Source: Mobula hypostoma (taxonomy: Eukaryota). From it: a stretch of DNA of 64,000 nucleotides. The stretch is from positions 23,064,001 through 23,128,000 of the forward strand of contig NC_086106.1 in the NCBI RefSeq assembly GCF_963921235.1, read 5' to 3'. Of the stretch, positions 39,300 through 51,611 are shown piece by piece; the first letter of the stretch is position 1, and the number at the start of each line of letters is the position of its first letter. A program made the position numbers and the translations under genes. The notes under the pieces were generated by a model that worked only from the letters and a program-made list of their open reading frames with translations, was not told the origin of the DNA and did no database searches.

Positions 39300-39880
39300 A
39301 TATACGACAGGAGGCTACAGAAACCTCCTGGGGTATATGGGGTGTCATGGAGGCGTAGCACCTCTGGTGGAGGAACATGTCGCGTCCTTTTCAGGGCGGT
39401 TAGTCTACCTTTGGTCCCCACCTGGCACTCAGCTCTCACCTGTGGCTCCCCGTAGCTGTTTGCATGCGACAGCGGCCACACCCCGGGCAACGGCTTCGAC
39501 AAGCCGGCTAAACCAGGTGAGGGTAGCCGACGGGTCTCAAACCCTCAGTGATATAGGGAGTTGTCTATCCCAGCATGTGAAGACAGACTCCGGCGGATTG
39601 GCGCACGAGACCAGCGGAAGGTCCAACGGTCAAGAAGGCGGTCTCTGCAAGCGTCGTGGAACGTTTACAGCAGGACAAGACACAGAAGACGTCCTGGTAA
39701 TCCACTGCGCCTAGTCCCATCTTCAGCCGTCTAGACTCTGCCTTGCCACTGGATCGAGATGGGAATTGGGAAGAGAGAGTGAGGCTGCTCTCCCTCACTT
39801 AAATCCAAATCACGCGCTAGTCTCGACACCATCATAATGGTGTCGAGGTCCTCTTCGACGTCAACGATGGACGAACAACA
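39300..39880 (+). mobile_element. Non-coding RTE-like LINE derivative with a terminal hairpin
   Basis: Absent from the paralogous position in duplication copy B. GC-rich, with a perfect 11-bp stem at 39822-39847 and an acaaca-type end. The family assignment rests on recalled resemblance to RTE UTRs and was not verified. Confidence 0.45.
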
Positions 39881-41039
39881 GAAACATACTGACAAGCGTT
39901 GTTCTTAACAGTGGATTTGCTGGAAAGTGTTTGTTCTTGTGTTGACATCTTGCTCTAAGGAAAGTATTGCTTTAAAAATATAAGGCTTTTATTTCCAACA
40001 CATACACGAGCAAGAACTTATTCAGCCATGGATCTGTCAGTATTTACGGCAGAGACACGAGGAGGCTCAATCCTTAAAATTACATTCAGATCGTAATTCT
40101 GGACATTTCTTTCAACTTCAATCCGTTCTAGGGGCATGTGTCAGGAAATGAGAGGGAGTAAGGGATATGATTATATGGCACAAAAAATTTACAACAATAT
40201 ATCAGCTGTGACAGGCCTATTCGCCTAACATTGCCATCATTCGTCATTTCAATGCAGTTACAGAAAGACCAGTTTTGTAGAAAGTATGAGAAAGAAGTTC
40301 AAGAACGTCACTGAATATTTATAATTTTATAAAATGTAGGTGTTTCGGTCACTTTGAGTGGAAGACCAGATGTGTAATTATATAAAGCAACGATTAGATA
40401 TAATGGATATACAGTAGTCTGCTTCCCAATAATTACTTGTCTGCTCTGTCCATGCTCCGGGACTTGCTTCATTCAATACTAGCTGAGTCCAAATGTAGAA
40501 GAGACAATTTCAAAGGGCCATCTCCCACCATTAATCACAGAACGACCGCAACAGATAAGTTGGAAAACAAAATAGTTAAAATGATTGAAAACAATGAACT
40601 CTGCAAAATTACTTCTTGTTTCAATACGACAAATGCAAACAGCCGAGAGGCCGTAATTGCTTGAAAATGCCAATGGAAATGTGAACTCTCTGTTAAATAT
40701 AGCTCTTCTACTAACCTTTCCAATAGTCTCTTATAGCGATGTTTCACTTAACTCACTGGATTACGAGACCACCTACTCTGAAATTAGAAATGGGACCAAC
40801 ATCAATATTTTTGCATTTAATAATCGTTCTTCAAGGTCATGTGTATACCATGATATATGTATTGTTGCACTGAAATGGGAGACAATATCATGGTTCTAAT
40901 GGAATTATATCTGCTGCTGGCAAGCACATGAAGATTGAGTTACTAAAGCTATGTGAAAGAGCTAATTTGCCTCCGAGAGCACGCATTCGACAAGGTGAGT
41001 AATTTATTATTTCCCTTATAACTGCATGGGTATGCACAT

Positions 41040-41410
41040 GAACATAGAACATAGAAATCCACAGCGCATTACAGGACTTCCGGATCACAATATTGCGCTG
41101 AACATATACTCTACTCTAGACACGTCCTGGAATTTCCGTAGCGCATAGCCATTTAATTTTCTGAGCTCTATGTACCTATCTGAGGGTATTAAAAACCCTA
41201 CTGGATGCGCTTCCACCACCGCCGTCAGCGCTGCATTGCACGCAACAACAACTCCCTGTGTTAAAAACGGACCACTGAAATCCCCTCGGTACCTATTTCC
41301 CAGCACGTTAACACAATGCGCCCTCCTTTTGATCATTTCGCCCTAGGGAAAAAAGCCTCTGGCTATTCACACGATCAATACCGGTCATAATCATGTACAA
41401 CACTGCTCTG
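41040..41410 (-). mobile_element. CR1 LINE 3' fragment
   Basis: aacatagaacatagaa tail; the - strand translates NTRGH-like/RYRGDFSGPFLTQGVV, typical of the CR1 ORF2 C-terminus. Confidence 0.75.
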
Positions 41411-43061
41411 ATATTCCTGCTTTACATTCTTCAATGTACATCAACTACGAAACATTTTGAAGAACACTTACAACTGGACATTCACGGCTGATCCCACGAT
41501 GTCCAAAACTTACAGAAGGTGGTGATTGGGCGAAGATTATACACCTGCCAACGTTTCTTTTAGAATGGTAAATTTCATTTTCAGTTTGATGTGATTGATC
41601 GTGAAAGTTCGCAAATGAATTTCTCTCGTTTCTCTGGTGCAACGTAAAACAGATTATTGTGTGCACAGCGTTCATATAGCATATGTGGAGGAAGATTGTC
41701 TATGACGTGCCGTATTTAACAGCAGCTTCCTTCACCAAACCCTGCTCCGCTCCATATTCCAGCATTGTTTTCTATTAGGGTTTTCCATGGAATGTTAGGA
41801 ATTACGCTTTAATTGACTCTTTTGAAGTATGCAGCTTCTCTTTCCTATTGGCCGCCTTCCTTTTGTCTGCAGGACACTCATTTTCACAGTGAAGTTGCGA
41901 GCAGCGCTGAATAAATATTCAAAAATTAATGTTTCGAGTTAGAGGAGCAGACGAGCTCTCTTAGCGATGCATCAAGCTTGCAAAATAGTTAGTTTTGTCT
42001 TTTGTGTAACGTGAGGGACTTCGAAATTTGTTAGAGTCCTTCACTGCTTATAAATGAATGGTTGAAGTGCTCGTTCATAATTAATGTCTTCTGTCTGACT
42101 CATCACGGTAGGTACGTGGAATTATCAATGGAACCCGCAACGACTGTATGCTAAATATATTCTAGATTGAAAAATGCAGAAATATTCAGCAAATCGGCAT
42201 GTAATGCCAAATGCAAAAGAATAATTTTAAGTAGTTAATATAATAACACGTGAGAACTCTCGTGTAGAGACTTTGTTTATTTCTTTCTCTCTCTCCTTCG
42301 CTGTCTATTTCTATCTGTCTATCTATTTCCCTCACTCTCTCATTCTCTCTCACTATGCATTTTCAACTGAAAACCATTCTTTTCATTTTCACTGTAGTTG
42401 TCCCATCGTAACAACAGCAAAGCTGGATACCAAAAACAGAACTAAATGGATTGCAGGGGAAAATAAAAACAAAGAAAAACACCGAGTCATATTACAAGAA
42501 ACATGCGATTGTACATTGTAACTAGAGAGCTATGATTGGTGGTGAAGCCAAGTACAGAGCAAGGTGTAGTAATAATTCTTACTCAGACTTGATATACACA
42601 TGAAATCACAACCGGTAGCACTATGCATGGAAGTCCCATGTTTGAGCACAGAGTGCTCATCGTCAGCCACTTAACCAGAGATTTTCCACGAAGTAATGTG
42701 GCAGGCAATAATTGGCTGCCTAGGTCTTAAATATACAGCAGCAGGTAACCGTACAGCCGGGAATAGGAACCCGGAAGCTAGGACCCGTGCCGTTGTTTCG
42801 TAGGGCCCATGGTTTATATGAAGCAGTATGTGTTGCCTTAATTTTGGATTACCGAGGTAGATCACTGGTTGAACAGGTTGAATTGAGCAGCAGATGCTTG
42901 TACCCAATGACATTTCAGATTATAGGGAACGTTGTTAGTATTATAGCTTTGTTGATTTTAAATGCTGCTCCTGTGCACGCTGAACTCTTTCTTCTTTTCC
43001 ATCGATCAGCCCAGTTTAACGCATTTGAGCGCCCCCTGGAGACAACACGCTGGATTATCTG

Positions 43062-43100
43062 TGTTTTTGACCGGATCTATCGCTATTACAAACCAATATG
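43062..43100 (-). other. Damaged 23-bp-spacer RSS
   Basis: On the - strand: CATATTG (invariant CAC changed to CAT), 23 nt, TCAAAAACA. Confidence 0.85.
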
Positions 43101-43536
43101 GGCATCATGGCACAGAAATACACGGCAGAATCGGAGAAGAGAGCCCCGGCGATTAATAAAGTCACGTGCCGACTACTTGTGCCTAATAGAACTGTCTGGA
43201 AAATCGGGAGATCGCTCCTCAAAACCAGTGCTGAGTTTTTTTTTTAACCTAGATATTTCGGCCACAACCCCGGATACCGGCTGTACCAGAAAACAGTAGT
43301 GCTGCCGTACGCTGCGGAGTACTTGCAGTTCGGGGTTACCGTCTGCATTTCCTCAGCCGTTTATGCAGGCGGTTTCTGGGATACTGTCTTCTCGCCACAA
43401 GATCCTGGAAGGAAAAAAAAAATAGCGCAATGAGCAGTCTGCGTGCAAAACAAATCCGATTCGTAATTGGTTTCGTAATCATAGACCCACCTGAACGTAC
43501 GAGAAGTACTATCACGACAAGATGTGCGAAGTCCAT
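43101..43536 (-). pseudogene. TCR alpha/delta-type V pseudogene, family 2 (leader 43491-43536, intron 43405-43490, V exon 43101-43404)
   Basis: Leader MDFAHLVVIVLLVRS(G)|gtgggt; acceptor ccttccag|GA TCT TGT GGC GAG. There is a TAA stop in FR1 and a stop/frameshift at an A-run after PKYL. NCKY, FWYSRYPG and DSAVYFCAMM are retained. Confidence 0.93.
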
Positions 43537-45532
43537 GGCGTTGCCCTGAAGGCAGATGCGTAAACGAGTGCACGTCTATGTATGAGAACACACAGCTCAA
43601 ATCTGATTGTTTAATTTTGCAGATAGTTTGCATTCTACTACTTCTCGATTGGCCTGTCACTTAGATAGGACTGGTTTAGCACAAACTTTCTTCGTCGTCG
43701 TGTGATGCACGTCATTCCGAGGTGATTTTCGATTCCAAATGTATACAAAATTCAGAACAATTCAGCAAATAGCTGGAGAGTAAGTTTTGCTCATTAACAT
43801 TACCACTTTTACTTTGGTGATTAACATCTGCAGATACTGCATCAAGGAGCTCTCTCTTACTCGTTTGCGACAGAGAAGAGACAATATATGGACAAATATT
43901 TTATTTTCTTGCGACCTTGTTTTGTGGGGTTAGTTTAAATGTATGTCGGGAGCGGGTTCCAATGGGTCCTACATCCACGGACCCGCTTGAAGTATGCAGC
44001 ATCTCTTTGCCAGCGGCTGTCTTGTGAACCACGGCTAAAGGAGTTCGGTTTCAGTCCGTTTACTATTGTCTTCCAGTCCTCATTTTGACACCGAGGTCGC
44101 GACAAGTGCCAAAGAACAATTAGTAAATTTATCTTCAGAGTTATGGGAACCCACGGATACTCTTTGCCATATATCTGGTTGCTAAAGATTTTATGTTATA
44201 GTAAGTGTAAGGTGGGGGATTTCGATGTGTGCTCCAGTATTTTACTGTTTCTAAAAAATGATCGATATCCTTATTCGTAACCCGTGTCTTTTCCCTCGTT
44301 CATCAAACCCGTGCCCTTGTTTGCATATTAGAGATCTGAAATAATCATTGAAACAAGAGCCGACTCTGGGTCACACACAGTATATTTAGCAAAATTCTGG
44401 AAATATTTAGCAAGTCGGCAGCAAATGCCTAATGTAAATTTGTGATGTGAATATGATTTAAAGTTGGAAGTAACTGTTGTAGGGATGTTTACCCTCACGT
44501 ACCTGGCACCGCCCCACAGCCCGCCAAACTCTCTCTCTCTCTCTCCCTCTCTCTCTCTCTTTCTCTCTAAAATCTAAAATGCTCCCAGATAGAACAACTT
44601 AATACATTGATAAACCGGAAGAACAAACTGGAAATGTAAAATTTTATCCGTTTGAGAGTGATAAAGTGAATTCAAATACGTTATATGGAAATGACTGTAT
44701 TTGACGTATTAAGTACTTGAGAAAGAAGGACGTCAGGTTCATTTGTAATATATAAGTCATAGTATTTTTTTTTCCTTAATTTGTCTGCGGAATAGTGCTG
44801 AGATCGCTTCCAGATGGTAAACTACTGTTGTGGATCACATATCCGTAGAGCAGAGGCAACAGAGAAAAACAGATTGGGCTTAGCGGACACTTTTCCCAGG
44901 AAACGTGAAGGAGGGCAGCGCCGAGCGGAGATTTAATTAATCAACATCTAGATCACTGATACAGAAATCTGCAAGATTTGTGTTGGCAAATCCTGCTCCT
45001 ATTTCTCAATTTTATTTTTAAATGCAGGACGCCGCTGTCCTCTAGATTCATGGCAAGTATCTGAATGGAAGGAACATGATTACAATGCCACTAACAATTG
45101 GAATGCATATTATGGTACACTACTGTTTTCTGTTCTAACTAAAACATTAACCTAATTCAAACGAAGTCGGGAAGTCGGGGATTGTGTGTCAAGTTTCGAG
45201 TTCATTTAACGAGAGGCACACAGATTACACGTTTTTGCGCGATGAGGTGTGTAGTTCATGTATATGTATATAACTGTAAATTAATTATTTAATCGAACCA
45301 CGATGCTTAAGCATGGTATGTACATAGGCATTATTACTGAAAGATTATTGAAATATTACATATACACCACCATCAGTTTGAAAATTTGCCGGCAGCATTT
45401 ACTGCATGCTGCCACGGCCTCCGGCTAGGGATCATTTTCCTGCAGAGACCTGCTACAAACATCTTTACTCTGGGTGCGACCAGTTCAGTGGACTCCTTAT
45501 TGTAACTGACTAGAACTATGTTAGCGATTTGG

Positions 45533-46685
45533 TGTCAAGGTCCGGTCCGAGAACTCCGCATTTCATTTCTAGTTCCGGTCTGTTAAACCGTATTCCAGGT
45601 TTTCCGGTTTTCAATTGTTCTGTTGGGTGCTCTAATTAGGGAACATGATTCTCATTTGAGCAGACACATAAATAACTCCGGAAACCAGGGCTTGGCTGCT
45701 GGATTGTTCGTGTCCAAACACCCTGTCTGAATCCCTTCACTGCACCTTCCTTCCGAAGACTTGCACTGCAACCAGTGTCGACAGGGTTGCCCTGCAATAA
45801 TTGTCTGAAGCCTTGCCCTTCAACAACTGTCTGAAGCCTCGACTCGCCTTGCCTCGCCTGAAGCCTTACCTCTCTTGTAGCCCTCGACTGCACCGAGGAA
45901 CTTGCTATCGTTGTTTTGAGCTGTCTCTGTGTCCACGCCTTCGCTAGGTAGGTCTGGCCGTTTGCCGCTACCTAGTGTTTGGAACCGTCTCGTTGTGTTC
46001 AGCATTCAGTGTATGAGTCCCGGCCCCACGTCCTGTTCCCAAGGAGGGGTCCCCGCGCTGTGTTTTGCGTTTCTGTCTCCCGAAACCAAGGCTCTGCGTT
46101 CCTGTCACCCTCGGCCAAGTTAAGGCCTCATGTTCTCGCCCAGCCCAGCAGTACCCCGCCCAGCCTGGTGCTGGGGATCCCTCGCCCTGTCGACGAGTCT
46201 CTCGTCCTGTGCAAGCCACGTCGAAGAACCTCGCCCTGCCCAAGTCAGGGCTTTGTATTCTCGTCCTGTCCACGTGCTATGTCCTGTGCAAGAGTTCCAC
46301 ATCCTGTTCTGTAGCCACGTCCTGTCCTTGCCAAGATCCTAATCTCAGGTCCGAGCATAGACCCGGTTTCCGCATCCGAATCAAGATCCACTTTCCGAGT
46401 CCCAACCAACACCCAGGTTCTGTGTCTCTGTCCCGGCTAAGGTTAGGGAGTTCCGCGTCACTAATCCCTGCTCCTTATTTCTAGTGCCTTGTCCTGGTTC
46501 TCTGTTTCATATGCATATCGTAGCGCAGGGCCTGCATCCTTGTCTCGCCCAGAGTCTGTGGCTATATCCAGTGTCCTTTCTTCCCCACGTTTCCTTGCTT
46601 GCTTAACTCTAGTCGTATTCCTACTTTTAGTACTTCAGTGTCTGTGTCTAGAATTTGTGCCAGCCACCAGCACCACCTTATGACA
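45533..46685 (+). mobile_element. Solo LTR paralogous to 37517-38799
   Basis: TGTCAAGGTCCGGTCCG...TTATGACA. The flanking TSD has decayed (ttgg versus cttag). Confidence 0.75.
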
Positions 46686-49600
46686 CTTAGGTCAAAATTT
46701 CAATTCGAGGATGTATTAGCAATTTTTAAGGAAACCAAGAGATTGCGAAGATTTATTCCTGGTTCAAATAGCGAGTAAGACTGTGGTACATGGAATAACA
46801 TATGAAAAAAAAAACGCAACGTCAGTTACTGCAGAAGGAACATTGTAAACAAAATTGTAATTTAGTTTGAGAGGAATTTAGACGTATGGCACTGTGATTG
46901 ACCTCAGAGCCAGACATCAAACTGGAAGTACTGCATCAGAAACAACAAGGAATTAGGAAAACATTATGAAGTAGAGACCCGAATTGGAAGAAAGTTGGGT
47001 AACATGAAGCCAGCTTTAAAGGGTGCTCACGGGATAATTCCACCGAATTTAATCACACCATTTAGAAAAAAATATGGAAATATAGAAAACAAATAATCAG
47101 GTTATCCTATGCAATAAACTGTATCATGCTCATACAGAGAGTGGAATGTTGCAATTATTCCGAAAAACTTGAGAAAATATTCAACTGTAGGATGAAGATT
47201 TTCCTGCGTATCGGCTCGTCGCCGGAGACGCTAATGAGGAACCATTATACAGATATAAACAGGGACCAATCAAATTCTTACCGGTCACATCAGCTTTATA
47301 AACTCAGGTCTTCTTTGAAATATGAGACACTGTCAATGCCGGAAAGAAAGAGCCCATGATTTATTGGAAATCGGGAAGATAGCCGATTTAGCAAGATAAG
47401 TGAGGATGCGCGGTTGCAATATGGATCACCTGTTGCAATCAGAGAATGTTCCCAGAAATCGAAATTTACTCTTTCAGCCTGTGATGCGAATTGGTAACAA
47501 ATGATTCTCATTTGATAAAAATTGTTCGAAAATTTGCATGTGAAATGCAGCCTGAATGATATCAACATATTGGTGAATCACGACAAGTCAGTTTTACTGC
47601 TTGTCGTTCCTCAGCCAGAAACGCAGACGATCTCGCGTGAGGCATTCACTCCTGCACCGATACGTCAGAATCACGGATAATACAGGAGCCCCTTGTCAAT
47701 AAGACTGACACGGCTGATTGACAGGTCAGACCGACCGGTGGGATGTCCCAGGGCGAGGGCTGCTACTCAGCGCGATCACTTCACCAGAGAGGTGACCGTT
47801 TTTCTCTTGTTACAACGGGTGGAGAAAGTAGATATTTGGAGCGGAAGTTTGAATGACAGGAAATTCTTCGGAAAATAAATCGGCGATTAATCAAACAGAG
47901 AAGAAAAGAGTTGAAGCTACGGAACGACACAATAGGTGAACAGTCTGACGTATAGGTGAGTTTACTTTTTGTCTGTATATTAACGGGCATACTGAAGTAC
48001 CAAACACGATTCCAGAAGGTTTCGTGGGACCAAGCTATGATGAATCTATACGGATTGCACTTTTTTTTTTCTTTTTTTATATATCAGAGCCATATTTGTC
48101 ACACGTTGCCCCAAGTTGGTTTGTTTTATAGATCCTGTTCTAACCGATATTTCACGTATGTATCATTGACGCTACTCAGTGCTTTTGGGATTCGTGCGCT
48201 TCCTACTGATGAGTATCCGAACGATGGATACTTGTCGTTGAAACTGGAGTTTTCGGAAGCAGATGATGGGGTAGCTGAGATTATTGACAGACTCGAAACC
48301 TATCATTTTATCGCCCTGGATGGAGCACAGAGTGACAGGAACCCCGGACCTTTCGGGAATGTCCGAGGAATAGAAACTAAGTTCAGCTGAGAAGATGCGT
48401 TTTCAACCGAGAGTTGTGATGTTAGTTAATCCAGGAGAACTTGCTTCTCAACGGCAGCAACCGAGAAATGTCTCGTCGGGTAACACCAGTGCTGATGAGG
48501 ATGCTTAGCAAAGTCGTCTTAAACTGACCGAAGTTAAGTTCCGTAACGGAACAAAAGGAAATAAGCCCCCAGAAGACATGAATGATCGTCAGGAAAATTC
48601 GTCCTCTTGCAGACCGGGACCGAAAGGGTGTTGGAACCTGTAGGACCAGAGAATGGAATAGAGAGGTTGCAACGAATCCAAAGGCCACCGGATTGTCTGG
48701 CATATGGCGCAATGCGGGAACAGAGCGTTGCACCTATACTTGTGACGTATAACACTGCCATCCACAAATGCATTGGATGTCCTGATATCACAAATTCCTT
48801 TAAAAACTGTATTATTAAATGGTTTAATATGTTTCAAAGTCAGGAGGACATGACTATTGTTGGTGGGATAGGGCGTAACACCCTGGTTAAGATATTTACT
48901 TGCATGTTGTAGGTATTTCATTTTAGTAGTTCTGTAAAAGCAGTCTGTTTACTTTCAGCCTATTTTGAGTTTGAACTGAAGATAAGGAGCTTTGACGTTG
49001 AACTTAGGAACGTGGTGTCAGCCAACCCACGATGGTGTAATTGAGAGAATGTTCTACAGAAGATGAGGCAGGGATATTTTGTGAGGGATTCTAATAGGGG
49101 CGGAAGCTGGGTGAAGACAGGACGACAGATGGCTGAGGATGCCGTCCCTGCTGCACAAGGTGCTTTGTGCAGACGAAAACTTCAAGGAAGACGAGCACAT
49201 ACTCCCTTGTGAGACCAATTTGTACGAGATAGATTGCATGGGACATTCTTCGCATTGGCTTGTTTTCATGTTCCTATCTCGCTCTCTAATCTTTCTACAA
49301 TAGAATACGCAGAAGTAGTAAATATGAAATCCCCTGCCAAGAATTCAGCCAATGCTCTGACCAAAGTGTGTGGGATCTGCATGTGATGGATCGTAAGTAA
49401 CTTCGTAGTCAAATTTTAGTTTTTATTTTCTATGGTAGGAAGAGCAGTAGTATCAACGGAAACGAGTGTAGTGCCTCCGACGCCAATCTTCGTGAATTAA
49501 TAGAGACAGTGGTAGCTTCGGTACAGCTACGAGCCACTGCAGTTCTCTACTGTGAAACAGATTTACGGCAGATGGCGTCACAGTTGCCGTGCACTCATCC

Positions 49601-51611
49601 GTAGAAAATGTGCGTAACATAGCCTCAAATATTAGATTGCTGACGAAACCTTGCACTTCAAAGTCATAAATCTGAATAGAATCTCTATCATCTCCTAGAC
49701 TTATACTTCAATGACGGACAGCTTCCCTCTCAGAAACTGACTTGAAGACCAAAATAATAGAGCAAGAAACTGATGCGCCTAAGGCTCATCCTCACCATCG
49801 ATTTTCCATTATACTGCGTTCTCGGACTCTTACTCTTTTCCTGCAGTTTGTGCTCAATTTCTGCTTTAAATCCGTTTTCAACTTTACCGATAACAAGAGC
49901 GGTGGTCCGGAACTCAGCCGTCGATCGACAGGGAACATGATGGCGACAGAGACAAATTGCGCCGAATGAAGATAACATCCAATTAACAATCAAAATAGCA
50001 AATCGAAGGTAGATAAATAAGAAACTGATCCATTGCAATATGCCCATATTTGTTTTTAACTTGCTCCCAAACACATGCATCCTTCGGTTTCCTGTTTGTA
50101 AGTATAATTCACAGTGTCATGGTCAACCGATGCTGAAGTCGCTGCGGTCCTACTGACCTGGATGGTTAACAGAATTTTCGAATTGTTGGAGTAATTCAGA
50201 GCCACACTTTCCCAGGAGGATCAGGAGATGAAGCATGCTATTCTTGTCAATCCATGAAAGTAGATAACTACAGCAATTAAACAACCTATTTGATGTAGAA
50301 AGTACCAGCTTTGATAAAGACTCAATTGTAGAAAGAGGCATGGTTGCTAATTCGAAGAAAAAAGAAAAAGAACGAAGAAAACAAGAGGAAGAAACATAGC
50401 GCTAGATAGATTGATACGCAGTTAGGCAGATAGACGGATAGAAACATAAAGAAAAAGTTTGGGGAGAAAGAGAGAGGGGGGGAATATACAGAGTGAGAGA
50501 TATGGGAAAAAAATTGAAAAATGCAAAACACGAACATGCTGCTGTCGAGAGAGAATGGGGATGTCTCAGTTTGATTTTCATGGTGCTTGCCTCATTTTAC
50601 AATTCTGCGTGGTCCCTTTGCACTTACCATTCGCTTTTATTTTCCAACTCAATTTCACCATAATCATGTTTTTTTTTTTTTTACGGGGAAACTCGCGGGT
50701 TTTGCACGTTAGACAGAATATACTGACTACGAAGAAGCTCATTAACCATTGACCTGCAGACAGCCGGAAAAAAAAATAGTATTGGATTAATCATCCACCA
50801 AAAAATGAGACTTCTCAAAGCCACACTGTATAACAAACATACCGCAGTAAACGTTGATTAACAATTCATTCAGCTTTTACTTCATGAAGTCCCGACAGTT
50901 TACTCAAATGCAAAAGTAAACACTCACCAGAAATCGATCTAAGCGTACGTATAGGTCAATATTCTATATCCAGCATACATCCCCATGGTTCTTCAGCGCA
51001 GATCCCGACCGTAGCCCGACTTGTCAGACGAAGTCGCAGCATTCTTGACAAATAACTGCAACATTTCCACTTTCCTTGCGAGCAGCTAGATTAGCGATTT
51101 TTCCTAATACCGTCTGGCCATACCATTCTGTGAATTAAGCGAAACATTTTTTGTCTGTGTGATAGCCCTCTTTCTTGAAAGGAGTGCAAAGCAATCTCGT
51201 TCAGTAATCTGGTTCACCAGCAGCAGTCCTTCACCATACGCCTGTTATCCAACGTGATAGATGTGCAAGGGTCAGACCACCTCCCCGTCCTATGTTATTC
51301 AGTCACAATCCGAAGGGAGTTCAACTTCTGTATGTAACTGGAAAGGAGAAACTTCTTGAGGCTTGATGTTGGAAAGGTTATACACTGCCAGGTACACATT
51401 CAACTCTGATTTTCGCCAGCGGGGGGTTCTGAAAGTGAGAACTATGAGCACTGCACAGCCACGGTAAAGGACGGAAGCTGCATATCCAGTAAAAGCAATT
51501 CAATGTCGGAGTGCCAACCTCTCACTACCTTCGTCCCAGGAAACTGTTGCTGCTCGCCCTCGTGGTCTCGCCGACATTCGTATGGTTTATTTTCAGAGTA
51601 AATTATTACAT

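Larger units (their letters stand above)
41812..47180. repeat. Segmental duplication copy B (paralog 33525-39295)
   Basis: Same order of blocks as copy A: V pseudogene, promoter, TC tract, solo LTR, flank. Confidence 0.9.
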
